The translations under genes were made by a program, and so were the position numbers. From Candidatus Omnitrophota bacterium (GTDB taxonomy: Bacteria; Omnitrophota; Gorgyraeia; Zapsychrales; Fredricksoniimonadaceae): a DNA stretch of 64,000 nt. The stretch is from assembly GCA_044225175.1 (NCBI GenBank), contig JBGAJA010000003.1, positions 133,428-197,427 of the forward strand. Direction: 5' to 3'. The notes below the pieces were generated by a model. It saw only the letters and a program-made list of their open reading frames with translations. It made no database searches and was not told the origin of the DNA. Positions 30,556-40,978 of the stretch are shown piece by piece. Position 1 is the first letter of the stretch, and each line of letters opens with the position of its first letter.

Positions 30556-30682
30556 ATTCTAATTTACCCCTTTAAATCTCTTTGTTGCTTTTTTAAATCT
30601 CATTTGATAAAGTGTCACAAGAAATTTTTACTTTGTTTTTTACTTAATATTCAAATTAAGATTTAAAAAATAGGAGTAAAGA

Positions 30683-32620
30683 ATGATTAGATTTAAATTG
30701 GTAGCTAGAGCAGTTCTTTTCCTCATGTGCTGGCCCTTCAGCCAAGTATTAGCCCAAGTACTCCCAGGTGATTTGACAACATTAAGTATGGAAGCCCTCA
30801 TGAATGTGGAGGTTATGTCAGCTTCTAAAAAGCCTGAGCGATATTTTGATGCCGCCGCCGCCATGTACGTTATAACCCCTGAAGATATTCGTCGAAGCGG
30901 AGTTACTAATATTCCGGATGCTCTTCGCATGGTTCCTGGAGTGAGTGTTCAGAAAGTCAATTCTCATGCTTGGGACATTTCCGCTCGTGGTTTTAATGCC
31001 TCCGTTTTTGCCAATAAAATGTTAGTTCTCATCGATGGACGAGCTGTTTATACTCCTTTATATGGTGGTGTTTTTTGGGATTCTCAAGACGTTGTCTTAG
31101 AAGATATTGAGCGTATTGAAGTCATTCGGGGGCCTGGAGGAACTCTTTGGGGGGCAAATGCAGTTAATGGGGTCATTAACATTATTACTAAAAAAGCCAA
31201 GGACACGCAAGGAACTCTTATTTCTACTGGTGGTGGAAATGAAGAGAGAGCTTTTTCTACCGTCCGTTATGGATCGAAGTATAAAGACTGGTATTATCGC
31301 GCATACGCAAAATATTTTGATAGAGATGAAGGCTTTAGAGTCACTGGAACTGCTAATGACGAATGGGAGATGGCCAGAGGAGGTTTTCGAGCAGAAAAAG
31401 ATCAACTTAATTTTCAGGGTGATTTTTATCAAGGGCAGCTTGGTCAACGTACTAGTTTAACGTCTTTCACTTCACCCTTTACTGCCATTATTGACAAACC
31501 AAATTATGTTCAAGGGGCTAATCTTCTTACTCAATATGAAGAGGATGACTGGCTTATTAAAGGCTACTGGGATATGACGGATAGAGATTTCCAAAGTTTT
31601 AGCGAAAGAAGGAATGTGATTGATACAGAATATAATCGAAGGATTCATGCGACGGAGAATCAAGAAATGGTTTGGGGAGCAGGTTATCGTTTGCAATTAG
31701 AAGACATAAGGAGTACAGATACAATTTCGTTTGATAGTCCCGCACAGCTTGATCAGTTGTTTAGTGTTTTTGCTCAAGATGAAATAAAAATGCTAGAAGA
31801 TAAGCTCAGATTTATTGTTGGAAGCAAGTTAGAGCACAATATTTACACCACTTTTGAAGTCGAGCCTAATGTGAGACTTTCTTATGATCTGACATCAAAG
31901 AGTATGGTGTGGGCAGCAGCTTCTCGAGCTGTCCGAACTCCAGCTCGCTTAGAGATTGATGGGGCGATAACGTCGTACTCTTCCACAAGTGGCTTTACTA
32001 GAACACAGGGTAATAGTGACTTGTCTTCTGAGAAAATGCTGGGTTATGAATTGGGCTATCGTAATCAGTTGCGTGAAAATATCCTTGTAGACCTTGCTGT
32101 CTACACAAATCACTACGATGACATTATTACTTATACTCGAGGCGGAACGGTAACAGATCGCGGACAATCCGTCTTTTTGATTCCTACAGTCAACGGCATT
32201 GATGGTGATGTTCACGGTATCGAGTTGTCTAGTGATGTAAAACTTCAAGAATGGTGGAAAATCAAAGGTTCCTACACATTTTCTAAAATGAATCTGGGAA
32301 CACATACGGACATTTCTAATCTTGGATTAGAGACAGCTTTAGAAGAATCTCTGCCACGACATATAGCATACTTTAGATCTTCATTTGATTTGCCACAGCA
32401 GTTTCAGTTAGATTCAACAATCCGTTATTCAGATTCCATTACAAATGGAAGAGTTCCTTCATCTACACAGCTTGATCTTAATCTGACTAAGACTCTACAT
32501 CAATGGGAGATCGCCATAGTGGGACAAAATCTTTTGAGACCTCATTATCGGGAATCTGTCTTATCATCGTCAACCCAAATTGACCGCAGTTTTTTAGCTA
32601 AAGTCACAAGGAGATTTTAG
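30683..32620 (+). CDS. TonB-dependent receptor
   Basis: Plug motifs IPDALRMVPG, LVLIDGR, IERIEVIRGPG, GVINIITK; terminal Phe. Confidence 0.92.
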   Translation: MIRFKLVARAVLFLMCWPFSQVLAQVLPGDLTTLSMEALMNVEVMSASKKPERYFDAAAAMYVITPEDIRRSGVTNIPDALRMVPGVSVQKVNSHAWDISARGFNASVFANKMLVLIDGRAVYTPLYGGVFWDSQDVVLEDIERIEVIRGPGGTLWGANAVNGVINIITKKAKDTQGTLISTGGGNEERAFSTVRYGSKYKDWYYRAYAKYFDRDEGFRVTGTANDEWEMARGGFRAEKDQLNFQGDFYQGQLGQRTSLTSFTSPFTAIIDKPNYVQGANLLTQYEEDDWLIKGYWDMTDRDFQSFSERRNVIDTEYNRRIHATENQEMVWGAGYRLQLEDIRSTDTISFDSPAQLDQLFSVFAQDEIKMLEDKLRFIVGSKLEHNIYTTFEVEPNVRLSYDLTSKSMVWAAASRAVRTPARLEIDGAITSYSSTSGFTRTQGNSDLSSEKMLGYELGYRNQLRENILVDLAVYTNHYDDIITYTRGGTVTDRGQSVFLIPTVNGIDGDVHGIELSSDVKLQEWWKIKGSYTFSKMNLGTHTDISNLGLETALEESLPRHIAYFRSSFDLPQQFQLDSTIRYSDSITNGRVPSSTQLDLNLTKTLHQWEIAIVGQNLLRPHYRESVLSSSTQIDRSFLAKVTRRF

Positions 32621-32625
32621 TTAAG

Positions 32626-33072
32626 ATGAAAAAAATATTATTAGTTCTATTGTTTTTTATTTTTTATTCCTCTGGTTTTAGTCATGCCTTGACTTCTGCT
32701 AATTCTGTTAAAGCAGCTTTTATTTTCCATTTTATTAATTTTACGGAGTGGAGTGATCAAAAACTTGAATACGATGTCTGTATTCCTGAAGATGAAGAGC
32801 TTCGTGCAGATGTGGATCGTGCGCTTAAGGGTAAGGTTGTTAATAATAGAAGTATTGTGGTCGTAGATCGCTATGATGATTGCCATATTCTTGTATCGAG
32901 ATATGCCCCCTCTACAGATAAGACATTAACAATTGGTTCGCTTGACAACGGAGCTTTAATGGAATTTCGAACTATTGATCATAAACTTAAATTCGCAGTC
33001 AATCCTCTTAAAATTCAACGTTCCAAGCTTAAAATTAGTAGTCAACTTCTTAAGCTAGCTATTTTGGACTAA
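32626..33072 (+). CDS. YfiR-family (DUF4154) periplasmic protein
   Basis: VKAAFIFHFINFTEW ... LKISSQLLKLA. Confidence 0.85.
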   Translation: MKKILLVLLFFIFYSSGFSHALTSANSVKAAFIFHFINFTEWSDQKLEYDVCIPEDEELRADVDRALKGKVVNNRSIVVVDRYDDCHILVSRYAPSTDKTLTIGSLDNGALMEFRTIDHKLKFAVNPLKIQRSKLKISSQLLKLAILD

Positions 33073-33080
33073 TACAATCA

Positions 33081-34706
33081 ATGCAATCGCCTATTGTTAA
33101 AAGAATTTTGATGTTTGGTATCATGAGTGCCTCTATTTCTTTGATCTTGGCTTGCTTAGGATTTGGGATCGTGGAATTTTATAAAATTAAAGGTGAGAAT
33201 GAGGTCAAGGTCAATTCTCAAATGGATATTTTAGCTTACAATCTGCAAACACCTTTGCTTTTTGATGATAGAGAAGCTGCAACTAAAACACTGCTATATT
33301 TAAAGAACGATAAATCTATCAATAATGCTCTTTTGTATAAAGCTGATGGAAGTGTTTTTGCTTCCTATATTAAGACGCATAGTGTAGGCAATGTCAGTTT
33401 CACAAAGCTCATAAATTATGATGGTAAACTGATTGGTTATTTAGAGATCCAATCAGTTTATTTGGGTATTAAAGAGAAATATATCGCCTATTCATTAATC
33501 TCGATTATTATTTTTCTTATTTCTATTGTGGTGTCATTCATTATCTCAATTCCTATTCGTAACCAAGTTTCAAAAGGTGTTGTCCAACTAGAGAATCAAT
33601 CTAACCGTCTTCGATTATTAGCTGATCAAGTTGCAGCAACTGAACAAAGCGAAAGAAAAAGGATTGCTGCCATTATCCATGATCATTTACAACAGCTTTT
33701 AGTTGCAGGGAAATTGCAGCTAGGACTTGCTATGAGAGAATTGAATAAAGAGCAATATGATAAAACAAGAGAGAGTTTGGGAAGAGTGGATAATTTCTTA
33801 AATGAAGCAACACGAGCTGCCAAGACATTGACTGTAGAATTACGGCCGCCTGTGCTTTATGAAGACGGTCTTGAAGCTGCCTTTCAATGGCTTGCTAATA
33901 AATTTAAAAATGACCATAATTTAGAAATTGTTTTACATTTTCAAGAAATGCCCCGATCGCTGTCAGATACTCTTAAGATTATGATTTTTGAGTCAGTCAA
34001 AGAGCTGCTTTTTAATATTGTTAAATATGCCGGTGTAAATACGGCTGACCTTTATCTAAAATATGAAAAAGGAATTATCACTGTCCTTGTGAAAGATCAA
34101 GGATGTGGTTTTAATCCGCATCATATTGAAAGAACAGCCTCTGATAAGGGGTTTGGTCTTTTTAGTATTCGCGAACGTTTAAGACTACTCAATGGAGAAT
34201 TGAAGATCACTTCACAAGAAGAGCATGGAACTGAGGTTGAAATTCAAATCCCAGTTATCACAGTTGATAATGAATGGAAGAATGAGACTGAACCTTTGAA
34301 AGATATTCAGCCGCTTCTATCAGAAGTAGATAAGAAAATTAAGATTTTATTAGCCGATGATCATACGATAGTAAGAGAAGGAATTGCCAATCTTCTTAAG
34401 GAGAACCCTTCTTTTAACGTGATAGCCCAAGCAGAGAATGGAAGAGAAGCAGTTGAGAAGGCGGAACTTTTTCATCCGGATGTTATCATTATGGATATAA
34501 ATATGCCAAAATTAAATGGTATTGAAGCTACGCGTGAAATCAAGAATAAGTTTCCCCATATTGAAATCATAGGGTTATCAGTACAAGATGAGAGTGACAT
34601 TGTTGATTCTATGAAAAAAGCCGGTGCGGTGACTTTATTAAATAAAGCAGGTGATCCGCAAGAGCTTATTCAAACCATTCTTAATGTAACAAAGAGAAAT
34701 GTATGA
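33081..34706 (+). CDS. hybrid sensor histidine kinase (periplasmic sensor, HisKA_3, HATPase, REC)
   Basis: ERKRIAAIIHDHLQQ, ELLFNIVKYA, DQGCGF, GFGL, ILLADDH...MDINMP. Confidence 0.9.
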   Translation: MQSPIVKRILMFGIMSASISLILACLGFGIVEFYKIKGENEVKVNSQMDILAYNLQTPLLFDDREAATKTLLYLKNDKSINNALLYKADGSVFASYIKTHSVGNVSFTKLINYDGKLIGYLEIQSVYLGIKEKYIAYSLISIIIFLISIVVSFIISIPIRNQVSKGVVQLENQSNRLRLLADQVAATEQSERKRIAAIIHDHLQQLLVAGKLQLGLAMRELNKEQYDKTRESLGRVDNFLNEATRAAKTLTVELRPPVLYEDGLEAAFQWLANKFKNDHNLEIVLHFQEMPRSLSDTLKIMIFESVKELLFNIVKYAGVNTADLYLKYEKGIITVLVKDQGCGFNPHHIERTASDKGFGLFSIRERLRLLNGELKITSQEEHGTEVEIQIPVITVDNEWKNETEPLKDIQPLLSEVDKKIKILLADDHTIVREGIANLLKENPSFNVIAQAENGREAVEKAELFHPDVIIMDINMPKLNGIEATREIKNKFPHIEIIGLSVQDESDIVDSMKKAGAVTLLNKAGDPQELIQTILNVTKRNV

Positions 34707-35146
34707 GAAAAAGAAAAATCATTATTATTGATGATGAACCTTTGATTTCCAGTTTGATTAAAGAATTAATTGAAGAAGAGCCTGATTTGGAAATTGCCCA
34801 AGTAGCCCGGAGTAAAGAAGAGTTCTTTGAGAAGATTGTACAAGATAAGTTTGATTTGGCTTTGGTAGATATCTCTTTGGGGGAACGGCAGGGAGGATTT
34901 GATTTGTTGCGAGAATTTAAAGGGCAAGGAATTGAATTACCCGCTATTATGCTTTCTGCTCACAGTGAGAAGGATTATGCTTTAAAGTGTTTGAACAGTG
35001 GCGCAAAAGGGTACATTAATAAAATGCATATTCTTTCTGATTTGGTCAATGCCTCTAGAGAGATTTTGAATGGAGGATTTTTTGTTTCAAGCAATGATGG
35101 TGATACTATTCTTAAAGAATACCGCAAGTCCATCTCTACTCCATAA
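34703..35146 (+). CDS. single-domain response regulator (NarL-like receiver without HTH)
   Basis: IIIDDEP, ALVDISL, MLSAH, GAKGYINK. Confidence 0.85.
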   Translation: MRKRKIIIIDDEPLISSLIKELIEEEPDLEIAQVARSKEEFFEKIVQDKFDLALVDISLGERQGGFDLLREFKGQGIELPAIMLSAHSEKDYALKCLNSGAKGYINKMHILSDLVNASREILNGGFFVSSNDGDTILKEYRKSISTP

Positions 35147-35166
35147 TCCTTTTTAAATTCTTAATT

Positions 35167-35199
35167 TTAATCTTCTCTTAATCCTGGTTGGGTTATGGT
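35167..35199 (+). promoter_or_regulatory. phased direct-repeat promoter, regulon copy 4
   Basis: TTAATCT/TTAATCC at 35167/35178; TATGGT at 35194. Confidence 0.55.
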
Positions 35200-35233
35200 G
35201 GACTCGTAGAAAATATCTCTACAGGAGGCACGC

Positions 35234-35867
35234 ATGACGAGTTATTTTTTAAAAATCATTGGTTTTATTCTTGTGGTTTTCTTACTTTTGACCTCGTATC
35301 AAATTGCCAAGATTGTTTACTCTACCAAGAAAGTCAATCTCAATATCCATCCTTTTCAAAAATTTAATGCATCTGCAAAGTATAAAGTTTTATTTGCGGG
35401 AGATAGTACTGCCGTTGGTATTGGGGCTTCCGATAATACTTTAAGTACAGCTGGATGGTTTAGTCGTGAGAATCCTAAAGCTCATATTGAAAATTACAGC
35501 CAAAATGGACTTCGTCTCAAAGGTCTTATTGAGATTTTGTCCCATTTAGAAGATAAGAGATACGATTTAGCCATTCTTCAAATTGGGGCCAATGATATCA
35601 TCAATTTTACTAATTTAAAGAAGGTCGATGAGCAAGAGAGAACTGTCTTGGACATGACCAAGAAGATTGCTAAGAAAGTCATCATCTTGCATTCAGGGGA
35701 TATTGGGAAAGCCCCTTTATTTAATTGGCCATTTACATGGATTTATACTTGGCGATCTTTGAAAGTTAGAGATATTTATAAAAAGAATCAGGATGATCAG
35801 GTTAAGTATGTGGATATCTATGGATTGGAAAAACCAGATCAGGATTTGCGAGATAATTATGCGGCGG

Positions 35868-35875
<8 letters not shown>
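35234..35875 (+). pseudogene. SGNH/GDSL hydrolase, 5' part (214 codons), interrupted by the integrative element
   Basis: FAGDSTAVG (block I), IGANDI (block III); block V broken at YAADNL, then 12 codons read from tRNA-derived sequence. Confidence 0.85.
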
Positions 35876-35912
<37 letters not shown>

Positions 35913-35949
35913 GAAAACCCTTAGTTTCCGACGGAGACTAGGGGTTTTC
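35913..35949 (+). terminator. terminator after the tRNA fragment
   Basis: GAAAACCCTTAGTTTCC-GAC-GGAGACTAGGGGTTTTC hairpin. Confidence 0.75.
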
Positions 35950-36017
35950 TCTTGCCTTTTTTCAGACCTTCAATTACTATCAATTTCGATCAATTTAGCC
36001 CAATTTTTACCAATAGT

Positions 36018-36037
36018 TGGCACAAATCTGGCACATA
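36018..36037 (+). repeat. putative integrase arm-type site
   Basis: TGGCACAAATCTGGCACATA, identical at 44475-44494; variant at 42433-42451. Confidence 0.7.
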
Positions 36038-36086
36038 GTTCTAAAAAGATAGATTAGATGTGGGAGTTGATAAGCTAAGGAGAAGA

Positions 36087-37040
36087 ATGAAATATTTTAG
36101 TGAAGAAGATAGAAAGAAGATCGAAGAAGAGATTTCTGATTTTAATTTAAGATATTTGGAAGTTACTTATAAAATCCAAATGGTACTAAGTGAATTGAAA
36201 GAAGAAAAATCCAAAGAATATCTACTTCATGGCGCAATGCGTAGAATTAGGCTCTTGCGTCGGTGTGTCGAGAACATCTTTATAATTTATCCTCACGAAA
36301 GAGAAGAGCTTTTATCTGAAAATGAACGTGATGATCTTATGATAAATCTCCATGCATTTCTTATTAACGTTTTTGGAATTTTGGATAACCTAGCTTGGGT
36401 TTGGTTGGTGGAAAAAGGTCTTGCTATAAACATGAATAGTGCAGATGTAGGGTTGTTTAATCGGAAGACTCAAAAGAATTTTATTCAAGATTTTCAAGAT
36501 TACTTAAATTCAGAAACTATGCAAAAATGGCATTTTTCTCATCTTAAAAATTATCGGGATGCTTTATCGCATCGGATAGCTCCTTATATTCCTCCTAGGG
36601 TATTAAGTGCTGAACAAAGAAATGAGATTGCCAGAATAGAAAAAGAGTTAGAAATTGCGAGAGAAAAGAACGATTTTAGGACTATGAATCGTTTAGAAGA
36701 AGAGGAAGAAAAAATTGGTGAAGTTTGCCCGTTTTTTCAACATTCTTTATATGGTCCAGTTTCAAGAAGCCAAGTTAAAAGAGCGAAATTGACTTGGGAA
36801 GATATATCCAAGAAGTTGGTTGATAATGGCTGGGCTAAATTTGAGAGTGTAGATGTGGTCTCTTTGATGGTAAATGTTACCAAAGAAAAAGAGAATATAG
36901 CTAAGGTATTTGGGGATGATTTCTTGAAGATTCTTCCAATTCTCCAAGATGCCTATTGTATGGTATCTTTACATGCTCAAGTTATTGCTGATTTTAAGAC
37001 CATTGAAGAAATAATAGAAAAATATTATGAAATGTTCTGA
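36087..37040 (+). CDS. HEPN-like (Cthe_2314-like) putative RNase
   Basis: RxxxxH motif YRDALSHR; helical N-terminus LHAFLINVFGILDNLAW; RBS AAGGAG. Confidence 0.65.
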   Translation: MKYFSEEDRKKIEEEISDFNLRYLEVTYKIQMVLSELKEEKSKEYLLHGAMRRIRLLRRCVENIFIIYPHEREELLSENERDDLMINLHAFLINVFGILDNLAWVWLVEKGLAINMNSADVGLFNRKTQKNFIQDFQDYLNSETMQKWHFSHLKNYRDALSHRIAPYIPPRVLSAEQRNEIARIEKELEIAREKNDFRTMNRLEEEEEKIGEVCPFFQHSLYGPVSRSQVKRAKLTWEDISKKLVDNGWAKFESVDVVSLMVNVTKEKENIAKVFGDDFLKILPILQDAYCMVSLHAQVIADFKTIEEIIEKYYEMF

Positions 37041-37061
37041 TTCGATACAACTTAGTACAGA

Positions 37062-38051
37062 TCAAGAGTTTGTAGGTAGGGTGGGAGGAGGTAAGGTGAA
37101 CTTTACAGTGTCAGCAACTAGATTTTCTAAATCTTTTCTAATATCGTTTATCGAGAATATTATTAATTTATATCCAAATTCTTTTAGTGCATTACTTACG
37201 AGAGTTTTATTTTCATCGCCTGTTACGGCTACCCAAATTTCTAATTCCTCAAATAATTTTTTAGCCAACTTCGCCTGATCTTCTGTTGCTAAACCAGTAG
37301 ACACGCGTGCATCCATCGAAGACTTTCGACCATTTAATATTTCTTGTAGAGTTTTTAATCGCCAAAGAATTACTTCTGGTCTAAATGCCGTAAAGTTACC
37401 AAAGAATACATATTTAAATGCTGTAAAGTCATTTAAAAGATTGAAGCCAAGAGGGCGTCCCATTTCATATATATTCTTATCACCTTCCGTATGCAGGGGC
37501 GTTATTGTCATCTTTTTATAGATTAGAAAAGTTTCCATATATTGGTCAACTGGAGTAGTAGCTAATGTGTCTTGATTCGTTTCTTTAATTGCTAGATCGA
37601 TTGCTTTTTCAGCAAGTTGTTTAAAATTAGAATTTGTGTATTTGATGGTATCTAAACCAGCGACATTAAAGGGTAGTTTTTGGTTTTTACGTTGAAAAGG
37701 TATGACATATTTATTGAAAACCAACATCATGCCGTATTCCATATTTACATTAGCATTGGGGATTTCAGTACCACTTTTTTCATCGTTGTTTAAGAGAATT
37801 ATACAAAATTGAGAGGGTATAATTTTCGAGCAGATTTTAGTGCAAAAGGCATGTTGTCCTGGAGCTAAGGAGCCACCAGCTTCCAGGGGTTCTATCCCAC
37901 GATTTTTTAAGACTTCAATTAGTATATCTTTTTCAAGAGGGCTTTCCTCAAATCCATATCCAATAAAGCAAGAACGAGTTGATGAGAATACATAGTCACA
38001 CCGGGGGAGTCCGATTATACAAAGTTCATTTTTACGTATTCTTTTGTCCAT
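37062..38051 (-). CDS. TIR/nucleoside-deoxyribosyltransferase-like domain protein (putative defence)
   Basis: CFIGYGF, KICSKI, NANVNMEYGM, LPFNVAGLDTIKY; start overlaps the XRE stop. Confidence 0.6.
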   Translation of the reverse strand: MDKRIRKNELCIIGLPRCDYVFSSTRSCFIGYGFEESPLEKDILIEVLKNRGIEPLEAGGSLAPGQHAFCTKICSKIIPSQFCIILLNNDEKSGTEIPNANVNMEYGMMLVFNKYVIPFQRKNQKLPFNVAGLDTIKYTNSNFKQLAEKAIDLAIKETNQDTLATTPVDQYMETFLIYKKMTITPLHTEGDKNIYEMGRPLGFNLLNDFTAFKYVFFGNFTAFRPEVILWRLKTLQEILNGRKSSMDARVSTGLATEDQAKLAKKLFEELEIWVAVTGDENKTLVSNALKEFGYKLIIFSINDIRKDLENLVADTVKFTLPPPTLPTNS

Positions 38052-38263
38052 TATGTTAGAAGGCTTGAGATTGAAATTTTTAAAGCATTGGCTATGCGTT
38101 CAACAGTTCCGAGGCGGATGTCAGGTGGGGTCTTACCTTCAATTCTTTGAATATATTTATAACTCGTTTTGGCCTGTTCGGCTAATTCCTCTTGGGTCAT
38201 TCCGCGTTTTTGCCGAACTTCTTTAACTTTTTTTCCAAATTTGATATTAATTAAATTTACCAT
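38051..38263 (-). CDS. XRE-family HTH regulator (C-protein-like)
   Basis: FGKKVKEVRQKRGMTQEELAEQAKTSYKYIQRIEG; start 38263 abuts the operator. Confidence 0.88.
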   Translation of the reverse strand: MVNLINIKFGKKVKEVRQKRGMTQEELAEQAKTSYKYIQRIEGKTPPDIRLGTVERIANALKISISSLLT

Positions 38264-38323
38264 ACACCATATTATTGTACGGTGTTTTAATTCTTTACAC
38301 CCCCACATATGATGGTGTATTAT
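38264..38323. promoter_or_regulatory. tandem operators ACACC-N12-GGTGT overlapping divergent promoters
   Basis: 38264-38285 and 38297-38318; TTTACA-18 nt-TATTAT. Confidence 0.7.
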
Positions 38324-38355
38324 TACCATCAACACTAAAAATTGGGGGAGATTAT

Positions 38356-38919
38356 ATGAGAAAACTACTTATTATTTTATCAACTTTAATTCTAACTGGT
38401 TGTGCAGCTTTAGGTATGCCTGGAACAATAACAGAACGAGTTTCCGGGTTTGACAATTCAAAAGAGATTGTAATGGAACCAGCTTGGTTGCTAGAAGGAG
38501 GAAAAATGAAGTTATCTTTATTTAAGACTGACAGAATGGATAAAGATAAGGCAATACTGACTGTTCTAGTACAGGGAGCCTACAACTTTGCTAGTAAAGA
38601 GGACGTTCAAATAAAAATCGACGGAGAAATTATTAATTTGTCTTCTATAGATAAATCTACAAATATTGAAATGGAAGAAGGATATTATGGTAATGGTTTG
38701 TATATATCTCCTGAGAATTGGTCATCAAAAAGATATGAAGTTTCAGAACAATTAATCAAAAAGTTAATTAATGCAAAAGAAGTTTGGTTTCGAGTAAATC
38801 TGAGCAGAGATTATGTGGAGGGTAAATTTTCACAAGATTTACCTACAACAGCAAGACCAGCATTTAAAAGATTTTATGAGAAAGTATGGGTAACAAAAGA
38901 AACTCAAAAGAAAGGATAG
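38356..38919 (+). CDS. lipoprotein of unknown function
   Basis: RBS GGGGAG; MRKLLIILSTLILTGC lipobox. Confidence 0.75.
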   Translation: MRKLLIILSTLILTGCAALGMPGTITERVSGFDNSKEIVMEPAWLLEGGKMKLSLFKTDRMDKDKAILTVLVQGAYNFASKEDVQIKIDGEIINLSSIDKSTNIEMEEGYYGNGLYISPENWSSKRYEVSEQLIKKLINAKEVWFRVNLSRDYVEGKFSQDLPTTARPAFKRFYEKVWVTKETQKKG

Positions 38920-38921
38920 TT

Positions 38922-39068
38922 ATGAAAAAGATAGAAACTCCCCTTATGGATAGATTTGTGTATGTAATCTTTTGTTTGCTCAGTCTGGGAGGGATATACT
39001 TACTAAAGACAATTATTGTCAATGCTCTAGTTGAATATGAAAATCTTAAATTAAAGAATAATACTTGA
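38922..39068 (+). CDS. small single-TM protein
   Basis: RBS AAAGGA; FVYVIFCLLSLGGIYLL. Confidence 0.5.
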   Translation: MKKIETPLMDRFVYVIFCLLSLGGIYLLKTIIVNALVEYENLKLKNNT

Positions 39069-39119
39069 GGGAGATTTAACTTATTTGACTCAGATTTTAA
39101 AAGATGTATATTTTTTTAT

Positions 39120-39431
39120 ATGACCTACAGTGAACGAAAGACTCAGATTAAAGCCCTTTATGAGGAATTTAATAAAGAGAAGAGATTGGAATTTGAATTT
39201 CTTGGGGAAGGGGGGCATTATAGTGAAAAACAGAAAGAGTATGCTTTTATATTAATTAAAGAATCAGGAATCAGAGCGACTGCTAAAGTATTAAATGTGC
39301 CAAGACGAACACTTCAAAGATGGTGTCAAATGTATGCTGTATTAGTTAAGCGATGTCCAGATTGGGTTTATGCTTGGGCGGAACGCAGAAATAAAAGAAA
39401 AAGATTTTGGACTTTAAAAGGTTATGCCTAA
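39120..39431 (+). CDS. HTH-containing hypothetical protein
   Basis: GIRATAKVLNVPRRTLQRW HTH. Confidence 0.6.
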   Translation: MTYSERKTQIKALYEEFNKEKRLEFEFLGEGGHYSEKQKEYAFILIKESGIRATAKVLNVPRRTLQRWCQMYAVLVKRCPDWVYAWAERRNKRKRFWTLKGYA

Positions 39432-39480
39432 GCCATTTATTTATCTATAAATGTCGCCACTTAAAAGGTGAGAAAAAGTA

Positions 39481-40092
39481 ATGAAAAACAAAATGTCTCC
39501 AGAACAAAATGTCCACTATTTGTTCGATAAATCTAAATTTATTAAGAGAGAAAAGCTCAAACTTAAAGAAATTACAAGTAATCCCTCTTTTAAGAGGGAG
39601 TATAAATTTTTAAATATCAATTTTCCAATTTATGAAGGTCCCATAAATGATGAATACATAAACAAATTTGATCCAGAACGAAGTCATCAAGGGGATGTGT
39701 TATGGAAATCATTTTTGAATAAATGGGGCATAGAAAAAATTAGAAAAGGTAAACTTCATTTAAAAAGAGAAATTCGTGTTGGAACTAAAAAAGATAAAGA
39801 TAATAAATTTCATGCCTACTTGGAAATAGATTCACCAGATGTGAGTCAACAAGATATTATGGATCATCTCCCTTTACTCATATATGTAAAGAATGAACAT
39901 TTGGGTAAGATGAAAAATACACAAGGGCGCAAAAAAGATAACTCTATATTGAAAAGAAAGCTTGCCGTCAAAAAAGCTTATAAAGCTTTGTTTAAGACGA
40001 AAGAATACTTGAACCAAGAGATTTATAATGAATTAGCCAGAAAATACCACTGCTCTTCCCATACCATTAAACGATATGTGCTAAGCGTTTAA
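39481..40092 (+). CDS. basic hypothetical protein with C-terminal HTH
   Basis: YNELARKYHCSSHTIKRY. Confidence 0.55.
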   Translation: MKNKMSPEQNVHYLFDKSKFIKREKLKLKEITSNPSFKREYKFLNINFPIYEGPINDEYINKFDPERSHQGDVLWKSFLNKWGIEKIRKGKLHLKREIRVGTKKDKDNKFHAYLEIDSPDVSQQDIMDHLPLLIYVKNEHLGKMKNTQGRKKDNSILKRKLAVKKAYKALFKTKEYLNQEIYNELARKYHCSSHTIKRYVLSV

Positions 40093-40180
40093 TTCCCTTC
40101 AATATTTTGGATAATAAAACGATTTGTTTATTATTTATCCACACCTTGGTTTAAAGTTTGAATTGAGGAGGTGATAGATA

Positions 40181-40477
40181 GTGAATAATCTAATTATTTC
40201 AGAAATTCAAATTATTCCCCTAAGACCTAGTAATGGTTTTGTGGGCCTTGCCAGCTGTTCAATTAACAATCAGTTCTATATAGGCCAAATAGGTATTTAT
40301 ACAGCTCCTAATACTTCGTTAGGTTATCGTTTAACATTTCCTACAAAGAAATTAGCTTCTGGCAAACAAGTACCTTGTTTTTATCCTTATGTAAAACAGG
40401 CAGAGGAAATTGTTACCAAAGCTATAGTGGCTAAATACCTCGAATTGATGGATAACTTTCATTCTGTGGATTGTTAA
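40181..40477 (+). CDS. SpoVG-like nucleic-acid-binding protein
   Basis: ISEIQIIP...GLAS..I...LTFP...FYP pattern; RBS GAGGAGGT. Confidence 0.65.
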   Translation: MNNLIISEIQIIPLRPSNGFVGLASCSINNQFYIGQIGIYTAPNTSLGYRLTFPTKKLASGKQVPCFYPYVKQAEEIVTKAIVAKYLELMDNFHSVDC

Positions 40478-40489
40478 AGTGAAGGAATA

Positions 40490-40813
40490 GTGATTATGTC
40501 AAAAAGGAAAAGGTATGTGCATTTTGCGCCCATATTTAAAGATGTTTTTGATAAGCCAGAATGGAGAAGATTAAGTGATTCTACAAAAGTAATCTACTTA
40601 CATCTGAAACTCGGATATACAGGCAGTAATAATGGGGAAATCACTCTTCCATATTCATCTTTGAAGGATTGTTTTTCCTCTGCAACATTCTCTAAAGCGA
40701 TCAAAGAATTAACTACAAAAAATTGGATTGTAGTTACGGATGCTGGGGGTCTATTCAGAAGATGTTCTAAGTATAAGCTTACATTAATTCATGATCGAGT
40801 TTTTAATAAGTAA
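40490..40813 (+). CDS. winged-HTH protein, putative replication initiator
   Basis: WRRLSDSTKVIYLHL..NNG.I..SSATFSKAIKEL; followed by iteron-like repeats. Confidence 0.55.
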   Translation: MIMSKRKRYVHFAPIFKDVFDKPEWRRLSDSTKVIYLHLKLGYTGSNNGEITLPYSSLKDCFSSATFSKAIKELTTKNWIVVTDAGGLFRRCSKYKLTLIHDRVFNK

Positions 40814-40835
40814 CAGATGGCTATATATAAATAGT

Positions 40836-40962
40836 CTTTAGAAATTAAAGTTGAGAAAAACCATAAATACTCTAAACAGCTTCAAAAATTAAAGCTATTG
40901 ATAGGGCAAATTTTTTGTATAGCTTTGTAAATTGATGTTGTTAGTTTCAAAAATTAAAGTTG
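40836..40962 (+). repeat. four 18-bp iteron-like repeats (putative ori)
   Basis: Consensus near CTTCAAAAATTAAAGTTG at 40836, 40880, 40923, 40945 (spacings 44/43/22). Confidence 0.6.
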
Positions 40963-40978
40963 AATTTGGGATAATAGA

